This document shows, piece by piece, positions 14,547 to 21,322 of a DNA stretch of 31,537 bases. Location of the stretch: contig JBNAVS010000001.1 in NCBI GenBank assembly GCA_049700235.1, positions 1 to 31,537 of the forward strand, given 5' to 3'. This DNA is from Microgenomates group bacterium. Its GTDB lineage: Bacteria; Patescibacteriota; Microgenomatia; PFEM01; JBNASD01. The translations under genes and the position numbers were made by a program. Within the stretch, counting starts at the first letter, position 1; each line of letters opens with the position of its first letter. A model generated the notes under the pieces. The model made no database searches. It saw only the letters and a list, made by a program, of their open reading frames with translations, and was not told the origin of the DNA.

Positions 14547-15772
14547 AAATCTATTTTGGCTCTTTTAACCCCCCAAGACAATCCTAGGACAATCGCAAAT
14601 AAAAGCTGGGTTTGCTGGAGGGTAAGCCAATAGTGGTCAAAAAGCCCTAGCGCCAGAATGGCGCTGAGGGCAGTGAATAGGGAATAGTGATCAGTGATTA
14701 GTCTTTTATAAGTCAAAAACAAAAACCAGAGAAAAATCAGCAAGCCGATCAGCCCAGTCTCTGCTGCAATCAAAAGATAAATATTGTGAACTGGCTGGAG
14801 TAAGAAAGTTGGTCCTTGCCAAAATTCCGGTAAACGAACCACAAAATTATTTAAACCAAAACCAATCAAAGGCGATTCTTTAATTAATTGGAGAGCAATT
14901 TCTCCTAATTTAATTCGTTGGATAAAAGCTTCTTCGGGAAAATTTGAAAACCTAATTAAATAAAGAAATGGCAACAAGAAAAAAAACAACAAAAGGATTT
15001 GCTTTTGCCATAACCGCAATTTTTTTTGGAAAAACCAAAACCAAAAAACTAAAAAGCCAACTATCCACGCAGAACGGGAAAAAGAGAAAACCAAAACAAA
15101 AGTAAAAAGTAAAAAGTAAAAAGTAAAAAGTAATTTATTCTTTTTATAAACAAAAGGGGCAGAAAGAATAAAAGCAACCAAAACAAATCCCGCCAAAACA
15201 TTGGGGTGAGGAAAAGTAGCGTAGGGACGCATTAAAAGACGGCCGAAAAAATCAATTTTGGCAATTCCCGGAGTTGCGACGTTAAAGGTCCGCTCACCGA
15301 GCCAGTAAAATACTCCGTTTAAGGAGGCTTGCTTAAGAAATTGGGTAATAGCAATTAGAGAGGAATAAACCACCGCCCAGGGTAACACGTAACACGTAAC
15401 GCGTAACACGTAACTGTTTTTGGCAACATAAAAACCTAAAAGGGCAAATTCGATAATTTTAATAAATTTATAAATCGCCACCCCTTGATTTTGGGCAAAA
15501 AAACAATTAAGTAACAAAAAAACAAAAAAAGCTAAAACCCACCAATGTCTTCGTAATTCGTAATTCGTAATTCGTAATTCATTAATTTGAAATTTTTCAA
15601 CCAGCCAGAATAACAAAATCCCAAACACCAAAATATCTGTTAAATAAATCGTTGGCGAAAGATAATCAACCCTCAACCCCATTACATAACTCCAACTTGG
15701 CCAAAAATGCCTGCCCAATTGCACCGGCAAAAGCAAAACTAAAAGTAAAAAAATTTTTTGATGAAGCTTCAT
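14543..15772 (-). CDS. O-antigen ligase (WaaL/Wzy_C) family membrane protein carrying four heptamer arrays
   Basis: Polytopic; RPYATFPHPNVLAGF, FSFSRSAW, PLIGFGLNNF, QPVHNIYLLIAAETGLIG and FDHYW. Confidence 0.88.
   Translation of the reverse strand: MKLHQKIFLLLVLLLPVQLGRHFWPSWSYVMGLRVDYLSPTIYLTDILVFGILLFWLVEKFQINELRITNYELRRHWWVLAFFVFLLLNCFFAQNQGVAIYKFIKIIEFALLGFYVAKNSYVLRVTCYVLPWAVVYSSLIAITQFLKQASLNGVFYWLGERTFNVATPGIAKIDFFGRLLMRPYATFPHPNVLAGFVLVAFILSAPFVYKKNKLLFTFYFLLFTFVLVFSFSRSAWIVGFLVFWFWFFQKKLRLWQKQILLLFFFLLPFLYLIRFSNFPEEAFIQRIKLGEIALQLIKESPLIGFGLNNFVVRLPEFWQGPTFLLQPVHNIYLLIAAETGLIGLLIFLWFLFLTYKRLITDHYSLFTALSAILALGLFDHYWLTLQQTQLLFAIVLGLSWGVKRAKIDL
14672..14699. repeat. Degenerate heptamer array in the ligase gene
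   Basis: AGTGAAT AGGGAAT AGTGATC AGTGATT. Confidence 0.75.
15097..15131. repeat. Heptamer array CAAAAGT + (AAAAAGT)x4 in the ligase gene
   Basis: Four perfect units at 15104-15131. Confidence 0.92.
15382..15416. repeat. Heptamer array (GTAACAC)-like x5 in the ligase gene
   Basis: GTAACAC GTAACAC GTAACGC GTAACAC GTAACTG. Confidence 0.92.
15550..15577. repeat. Heptamer array (TTCGTAA)x4 in the ligase gene
   Basis: Four perfect units. Confidence 0.93.
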
Positions 15773-16248
15773 GCCCTGGGTTTGACAACTACCCTTCTTT
15801 CTTTTCCTTCCCCCCGGGATTCGGTTTCCACCTCCGGATCATCGGAAAGCGCCAAATGAATTATTCTCCGCTCAGCGCCAGACATTGGGGGAAGTTCCTG
15901 TTCTTGATGGGAGAATTTCACCTTTTGGGCAACAGAAAAAGCCATTCTTTTTAAAGTCTCTTCCCGGCGCTGGCGGTAATCACCAACATCAACAACAATC
16001 TTTGTCCACTCACCTATTCGCCGGTAAGCAATCAAGGATAAAATCAACTGCAAAGCAAATAAAGTTTGGCCATGGTAACCGATGAGGATTCCCGGATTAT
16101 CAGTTTGTAAATTGATATAAAATGTTTCCTCTTTTTCTTCGATGGAAAAAGTTGCTCCAACCTCCAAATGTTCCAAAAGTTCTTTTAAAATTCCCTCTAT
16201 AATTGAACTTTTGACTTTTAACTTTTGACTTTTAACTTGTTTCTCCAT
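15769..16248 (-). CDS. jag: Jag/EloR (KhpB) RNA-binding protein, KH plus R3H, lacking Jag_N
   Basis: GILIGYHGQTLFALQ, VVDVGDYRQRREETL and LPPMSGAERRIIHLAL; downstream of yidC. Confidence 0.92.
   Translation of the reverse strand: MEKQVKSQKLKVKSSIIEGILKELLEHLEVGATFSIEEKEETFYINLQTDNPGILIGYHGQTLFALQLILSLIAYRRIGEWTKIVVDVGDYRQRREETLKRMAFSVAQKVKFSHQEQELPPMSGAERRIIHLALSDDPEVETESRGEGKERRVVVKPRA
16206..16240. repeat. Heptamer array (TRACTTT)-like in the yidC/jag overlap
   Basis: The minus strand carries the same AAAAGTY unit as the tgt array. Confidence 0.88.
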
Positions 16249-17018
16249 GGTTCTAGCCCCCCTAACCCACTAACAAAATATTGTTGAACAGCAGTAAAAA
16301 CAGAAAAAACCAACCAATACAAAACCAAGCCTGAAGGAAAAGAATAACCAATCAAAATTGTCATTAAAGGAAATAAATAAAGCATTTGGGTTTGCATCGC
16401 CGCCGCCACATCATCTTGAGCGGCCGGGGTTTCTTTTGCCTGCTGCCGGGAAACTGCTACCGCTGGTTGCATCATTTTTGAGGAAAGAAACTGGACTAAG
16501 GCGGCGAGCAAAAGAAAAAAACCAGGTAAGGGAAAAGCAACCCCTGGAAGATGGAAAACATCAGGCTTAGCTAAGTCCAGATAAAAAAAACGGGAATTAA
16601 TTACTGTTTCTGCTGGCAACTGCAAAACCGGATATAAAACCTCATTTAATTTTTCTATCACATTGCCATCCGGTTGCAAAACTTTTATAAAGGCCTGATA
16701 CAAAGCAATCAAAATTATAAGTTGAATAATTTGGGGCAGGCAGCCGGCGGCAGGATTAACTTTATGTTTTTTGTAAATTTCCAATTGGGCTTGGGCAAAT
16801 TTTTGCCTATCTTTGCCATATTTCTTTTTTAATTTTTCCAACTGAGGAGCAAGCTCCTTCATTTTGCTGGCAACTTTTAAAGAAGGTAAGGTTAAGGGAA
16901 TTGTTAAAAGGCGAATCAAAATCGTTAGGACAATAATCGCCACCCCAAAATTGTCAAAAATTTTGTAGAAAAAAATCAAGCCGTTAACTAATGGTTGATA
17001 AAGTAGGGTATAAAACAT
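16218..17018 (-). CDS. yidC: Membrane protein insertase YidC
   Basis: FGVAIIVLTILIRLLTIPL, VNPAAGCLPQIIQL and SFPSGLVLYW. Confidence 0.95.
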   Translation of the reverse strand: MFYTLLYQPLVNGLIFFYKIFDNFGVAIIVLTILIRLLTIPLTLPSLKVASKMKELAPQLEKLKKKYGKDRQKFAQAQLEIYKKHKVNPAAGCLPQIIQLIILIALYQAFIKVLQPDGNVIEKLNEVLYPVLQLPAETVINSRFFYLDLAKPDVFHLPGVAFPLPGFFLLLAALVQFLSSKMMQPAVAVSRQQAKETPAAQDDVAAAMQTQMLYLFPLMTILIGYSFPSGLVLYWLVFSVFTAVQQYFVSGLGGLEPWRNKLKVKS

Positions 17019-17019
17019 T

Positions 17020-17259
17020 TTACCTTAGTGGGTCTTTTCCTCCCTTGCTCCAAGGATTACACCGGAGGATTCTTTTTAATCCCATCCATCCTCCTCGGAT
17101 TATACCATACTTTGAAATTGCCTGATAGGTATATTGGGAACAAGTTGGGGTAAAGCGACAGGCAGCGTCAGACAAAAACAAAAATTTTAAAATTGCCGAG
17201 CGGTAAAACCAAGATCGCTGATAAAGTTTAATTAAATAAAGTGCCAATTTTTTCATCAT
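17020..17259 (-). CDS. yidD: Membrane protein insertion efficiency factor YidD
   Basis: [10 protein letters not shown]...[15 protein letters not shown]. Confidence 0.95.
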   Translation of the reverse strand: MMKKLALYLIKLYQRSWFYRSAILKFLFLSDAACRFTPTCSQYTYQAISKYGIIRGGWMGLKRILRCNPWSKGGKDPLR

Positions 17260-17301
17260 TTACTTGCCTCCAAATGCTATTGCTTCTATATCGCTATATT
17301 G

Positions 17302-17652
17302 CTAAATAATTTTCGCTTTTTGAAAAACCTTTTCCACTTCATTTTTGATCTCGCCAAATCCTTTGCCAACAATCGCTTTTTTTGCTAAAAAAACACCTTC
17401 TACGCCTCCTCGAATCTGCGGCAAAAAAACCCTCACCGCTTCAGCCAAAAGCCTTTTTGCCCGATTTCTTTTAGTTGCCCGCGGGTGGATTTTTTTGGAA
17501 ATTATAAAGGCAAATTTTGGTCGTTGATCGTTGCTCGTTAGTCTTCGGGCAACAACAAGTAGACTGAACGATTCTCCTTGGAAAAGCTTTCCGTTTTTGC
17601 GGACTCGCTCAAACTCGGTCTTTAAAGGAAGTCGGTTTTGTTTTGGAAGCAC
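17302..17652 (-). CDS. rnpA: Ribonuclease P protein component
   Basis: LPKQNRL, FAFIISKK and ATKRNRAKR (RNR motif); lies between rpmH and yidD. Confidence 0.93.
   Translation of the reverse strand: MLPKQNRLPLKTEFERVRKNGKLFQGESFSLLVVARRLTSNDQRPKFAFIISKKIHPRATKRNRAKRLLAEAVRVFLPQIRGGVEGVFLAKKAIVGKGFGEIKNEVEKVFQKAKII
17519..17546. repeat. Degenerate heptamer array in rnpA
   Basis: GGTCGTT GATCGTT GCTCGTT AGTCTTC; encodes RRLTSNDQRP. Confidence 0.7.
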
Positions 17653-17654
17653 GG

Positions 17655-17792
17655 CTAGACAGACAATCTTTTTCTACCTTTTAATCTTCTTCTTTTAATC
17701 ACTTTTCTCCCATCAGCCTTCCTCACTCTCGCCCGAAATCCGTGCTTTCTTTTTCTTTTTAATTTTTTTGGTTGCCAGGTTCTTTTTGGCAT
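17655..17792 (-). CDS. rpmH: 50S ribosomal protein L34 (not in the ORF track)
   Basis: [45 protein letters not shown]; promoter TTGACG-17-TAAAAT lies 6 nt before the ATG. Confidence 0.97.
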   Translation of the reverse strand: MPKRTWQPKKLKRKRKHGFRARVRKADGRKVIKRRRLKGRKRLSV

Positions 17793-17835
17793 ATTTTGAT
17801 TTTAACAAAGCAGTTCATATTCGTCAAATATCTTC

Positions 17836-17864
17836 TTGACAAATTGTGGATAAGTTGGTAAGCT
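17836..17864 (+). promoter_or_regulatory. dnaA promoter with an embedded DnaA box
   Basis: TTGACA (17836-41), 17 nt, TAAGCT (17859-64). The spacer holds TGTGGATAA (17845-53), the reverse complement of TTATCCACA. Confidence 0.8.
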
Positions 17865-17892
17865 AAATTTGCCTGCTCCAAAATTTCTTCCT

Positions 17893-19266
17893 ATGGATAA
17901 AGAAAAAATTTGGCAAACTGTTTTGGAAAATCTAAAAATTAGCCTTTCTCCCGCCAATTTCAATACTTGGTTCCCCCAAACTTTTATTGTGAATATCAAG
18001 CCAGTTGAGAAAAACAGACAAATTATAGAAATTGGCTGCCCAAATCCTTTTGTGAGACAAACCGTGGAAGACCGCTATTATGGTCTAATAAAGGAGGCTT
18101 TGGATCAGGCAACCGAAAAAAAGAATGATTTGGTTTTTGTGGTAAAGCAGAATCCACAACAGGCGACAGGCAACAGGCAACAGAAAAAGGAGCCTTTATT
18201 TGAAAAGCCCGAGGAAAATCCCCAGGTCGTCGAGGCAATTAATCAGGCTGGTTTACGGCCTGATTTTAATTTTGAAAATTTTGCTGTCTCCTCAACCAAC
18301 CAAATGGCTTATGCCGCCGCTCAAGCAGTAGTAAAATCGCCGGGAAAGGCCTACAACCCCTTGTTTTTGTACGGAGGAGTAGGGGTAGGAAAAACCCACT
18401 TAATTCAGGCAATTGGAAATGCAATCTTGGTTAAAAATCCGAAAACGAAATTAGTTTATTGTACCGGTGAGGAATTTACCAACGAAATCGTTGAGGCGAT
18501 TAGAAAAAAGACCACCGAAGAGTTCAAAAAAAAGTACCGGACGGTTAAAATCCTCCTTGTTGATGACATTCAGTTTATTGCCGGTCGGGAAAAGGTCCAG
18601 GAGGAATTCTTCCACACCTTTAATGCTTTGTGGCGGGTTGGTGGGCAAATCGTTTTAACCTCAGACCGACCTCCTTCAGAAATTAGAAAATTAGAAGATC
18701 GTCTGCGCTCAAGATTTGAGGGAGGGCTAATTGTTGATATCCAACCGCCAGATTTTGAGTTAAGAACAGCGATTTTGCTAATTAAAGCTCAACAACGAGG
18801 GATTAATCTTTCTATCCAATTGGCAAAGCTTATCGCCGGCAACATTACCTCAACCCGAGGTTTGGAAGGTTTTTTAGCAAAAATAATTAACGAAATCCAG
18901 GTAAAAAAAGTTTCCCTCAGCGAAGAGCTGGTCACTGCCCTTTTAGGAAAATTAGGAACAAACGACTTTCCTTCACGCTTCATTAAACCAAAAGAAGTTA
19001 TCTCGGCAGTTGCCTCCTATTTCAATCTCAAGGTCTCTGATTTGTTGGGAGAAAGAAGACTAAAAGAATTTGTTTTACCCCGGCAAATTTTAATGTATTT
19101 TTTGCGCACCGATTTAAAACTCTCCTTAGTAGAGGTTGGCCGGCTTTTGGGAGGAAGAGACCATTCAACAATAATTTACGGTGTGGAAAAGATCACCAAA
19201 CTCCTTCCTTCCTCTGAGGATTTGCGTGTTGATATGGCAGGGATAAGGAAAAGGCTTTATGGATAA
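17893..19266 (+). CDS. dnaA: Chromosomal replication initiator DnaA
   Basis: YNPLFLYGGVGVGKTHL (Walker A), LLVDDIQF, RLRSRFEGG and GGRDHSTIIYG; ATG at 17893 preferred over the TTG at 17869. Confidence 0.98.
   Translation: MDKEKIWQTVLENLKISLSPANFNTWFPQTFIVNIKPVEKNRQIIEIGCPNPFVRQTVEDRYYGLIKEALDQATEKKNDLVFVVKQNPQQATGNRQQKKEPLFEKPEENPQVVEAINQAGLRPDFNFENFAVSSTNQMAYAAAQAVVKSPGKAYNPLFLYGGVGVGKTHLIQAIGNAILVKNPKTKLVYCTGEEFTNEIVEAIRKKTTEEFKKKYRTVKILLVDDIQFIAGREKVQEEFFHTFNALWRVGGQIVLTSDRPPSEIRKLEDRLRSRFEGGLIVDIQPPDFELRTAILLIKAQQRGINLSIQLAKLIAGNITSTRGLEGFLAKIINEIQVKKVSLSEELVTALLGKLGTNDFPSRFIKPKEVISAVASYFNLKVSDLLGERRLKEFVLPRQILMYFLRTDLKLSLVEVGRLLGGRDHSTIIYGVEKITKLLPSSEDLRVDMAGIRKRLYG
18157..18184 (+). 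repeat. Heptamer array (CAACAGG)-like x4 in the DnaA linker
   Basis: CAACAGG CGACAGG CAACAGG CAACAGA. Confidence 0.88.
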
Positions 19267-19400
19267 CTTACCAAAGATATCCACTTATCAACATTGGAAA
19301 GGGAAATGTTAACAAGTTTTTAAACAAAAATAAAATCCGAAAATTAAAATTAAATTTAAAACTTACTAACTTATTCACAGAACTACTACAATTACTAATT
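19258..19400 (+). other. Predicted oriC (DnaA boxes, AT-rich tract, DnaA-trios)
   Basis: Box-like 9-mers at 19258-66 (reverse TTATCCATA), 19285-93 (TTATCAACA) and 19371-79 (TTATTCACA); AT-rich 19316-19370; CTA CTA CAA TTA CTA at 19383-97 just after the last box. Confidence 0.82.
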
Positions 19401-19432
19401 TAAAAGTGAGAAGTGAGACGAAAAAATGCATG

Positions 19433-19461
19433 TTGCATATTAGCTTGTTACATGTTACGAT
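19433..19461 (+). promoter_or_regulatory. dnaN promoter, leaderless type
   Basis: TTGCAT-17 nt-TACGAT with TG extension, 7 nt before the ATG. Confidence 0.6.
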
Positions 19462-19468
19462 ATGAATA

Positions 19469-20596
19469 ATGAAACTTTCAGTCTTGCAAGAAAACTTAGC
19501 TAAAGGCCTTTCGACTGTTAGCCGTTCGGTTGCTTCTAAAGCCCAACTTCCGGTTTTGGGTAACATTTTATTGGCTACGGAAAAAAGAAGACTAAAGCTT
19601 TCAGCAACAAATTTAGAAACGGGGATAAATTATTGGCTTGGAGCAAAAATTGAAAAGGAAGGAGCAATTTGTGTTCCGGCGAAAATCCTAAGCGAATTTG
19701 TCTCTTTCTTGCCGCCAGAAAAGATAGAGTTAGAAGTTAAAGATAATAGTCTTAATTTGTCTTGCAGTTCTCACTCGGCAAGCTTTGTTGGTTTACCGGC
19801 CTCAGAGTTTCCCCCAGTTCCAACTTTAGAAGATAAGCAAACTTTTTCTTTTCTCGGAGAAGGACTACTCTCCTCTATTTCTCAGGTTGTTTTTGCTGCT
19901 GCCCAAGATGAAGGAAGGCCAGTTTTAACTGGAGTTCTTTTCCAAATGATTCAAGACAATTTAGTTTTAGTAGCTACCGATGGCTATCGGTTGTCTTTTA
20001 AAAAAATGGGAAAAATAAAAGAAGTTGAGGAGGTTAAGGAGTTTAAAAAGGGTCTGATTATTCCCGCCAGGACTTTGGCTGAGGTAGGAAAAATTTTAAG
20101 TGAGCAAAAACAGGAAGAGCAAATAGGTTTAGCAATTACTCCCTCTTCAAATCAAATCATTTTTTCTACCCCTTTTTGCGAAGTTGTTTCCCGCTTAATT
20201 GAAGGCAGCTTTCCTGAGTTTGAAAAGATCATTCCTGAAAAATGGACAACAAAAATTGTTTTGGGGAAAGAAGAGTTTTTGCGGGCAGTGCGGATGGCTT
20301 CGATTTTCGCCCGGGAGTCGGCAAACATTATAAAATTTAAAATTGAAAATTTAAAATTGAAAATTTCTTCCAATGCTCCCCAGGTTGGAGAGAATCTAGT
20401 GGAGTTGGAAGTCAAACAAGAAGGTGATGACAACAATATTGCTTTTAACTCCCGTTATTTGCTAGACTTTTTAAATTCTGTAGATACTGAACAGATTTCT
20501 TTTGAAATGACTACCCCTTTGAATCCTGGCGTTTTTCGCCCGGTTGGTGATTCTTCTTATCTTCACATTATTATGCCGGTTAGGGTCCAGGAGTAA
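19469..20596 (+). CDS. dnaN: DNA polymerase III beta sliding clamp
   Basis: LPVLGNILL, LSATNLE, RPVLTGVL, VATDGYRLS, SRLIEGSFPEFEKIIP, IAFNSRYLLD and HIIMPVR. Confidence 0.98.
   Translation: MKLSVLQENLAKGLSTVSRSVASKAQLPVLGNILLATEKRRLKLSATNLETGINYWLGAKIEKEGAICVPAKILSEFVSFLPPEKIELEVKDNSLNLSCSSHSASFVGLPASEFPPVPTLEDKQTFSFLGEGLLSSISQVVFAAAQDEGRPVLTGVLFQMIQDNLVLVATDGYRLSFKKMGKIKEVEEVKEFKKGLIIPARTLAEVGKILSEQKQEEQIGLAITPSSNQIIFSTPFCEVVSRLIEGSFPEFEKIIPEKWTTKIVLGKEEFLRAVRMASIFARESANIIKFKIENLKLKISSNAPQVGENLVELEVKQEGDDNNIAFNSRYLLDFLNSVDTEQISFEMTTPLNPGVFRPVGDSSYLHIIMPVRVQE
20331..20365 (+). repeat. Heptamer array (KAAAATT)x5 in dnaN
   Basis: TAAAATT TAAAATT GAAAATT TAAAATT GAAAATT. Confidence 0.85.
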
Positions 20597-20599
20597 AAG

Positions 20600-21292
20600 C
20601 TAGGGGATAAAAACCCAATTTATTTTTTCTTCAGAGAGATTAACTCCAATATTTTCAAGTTCTTTAAAGGCAGCATTTTTTATTTGAGAAACTTGTTCTT
20701 CTTGGGACAATTTAGAGGTGGCATCTGTAATTAATCTTACCCTGATAGCTTGGTCTTCAAAGTCATAAACAATAACATACTTATTATTAACTATGGGAAG
20801 CTTTTTCAACCAGGGTTTTTTTTGATACAGAAGAGTAATTGCTTCGTTAAAGCTTATATCGCCGATTGCCTGAAGTTTAGCCTGTTCTTCTGATGTTAAC
20901 TCCTCAGGTGTCGATTCAGAATCAAAGGACCAAGAAAAAAAGTCTTTATTATCATAGAGAAGCTTTATTTGGTAGGAGGTTTGGGAAAGAAATGGTTGAG
21001 TGGGAGTAATTATTAAAACGCTTGAGTTGCCCCAGTTTGTTTTAAAAGAAAAGGGGGGAGTTGTTTGAATTGAAAACAGCCTTTGATTTTTAAGAGGGAC
21101 TTTTTTATTAAAGACTATTTTAATAGGAGTAAAAGACTTAACCGAAGTTTCTTTGTTTGCGGGAGAAACAGATTTTATCTTCGGAGGTTTAGGCAGGGCA
21201 AATACTATTATTCCTAAAATAGTAGCCAAAAATGCCAATATTCCTATAATTAAAATGGTTAAGTTTGGTTTTTTAAAATTTTTAAAAAGCAT
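20600..21292 (-). CDS. Membrane-anchored Ig-like (Big_5/SbsA-type) domain protein
   Basis: N-terminal TM, then PKIKSVSPAN..V...PIKIVFNKKV...LIITPTQP...YQIKL. Confidence 0.72.
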   Translation of the reverse strand: MLFKNFKKPNLTILIIGILAFLATILGIIVFALPKPPKIKSVSPANKETSVKSFTPIKIVFNKKVPLKNQRLFSIQTTPPFSFKTNWGNSSVLIITPTQPFLSQTSYQIKLLYDNKDFFSWSFDSESTPEELTSEEQAKLQAIGDISFNEAITLLYQKKPWLKKLPIVNNKYVIVYDFEDQAIRVRLITDATSKLSQEEQVSQIKNAAFKELENIGVNLSEEKINWVFIP

Positions 21293-21322
21293 ATTTTTCT
21301 TAATTATTTTATCACATGTGAA

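Noticed and set aside
14672-15577. Repeats as a CRISPR array
   Set aside because: Units are 7 nt, contiguous, without spacers and inside a CDS; no cas genes.
21312-21321. Palindrome TCACATGTGA (and TGTTACATGTTAC at 19446) as parS
   Set aside because: Neither matches the 16-bp TGTTTCACGTGAAACA consensus beyond a half-site. The first overlaps an extended -10 and may be an operator, but there is no support.
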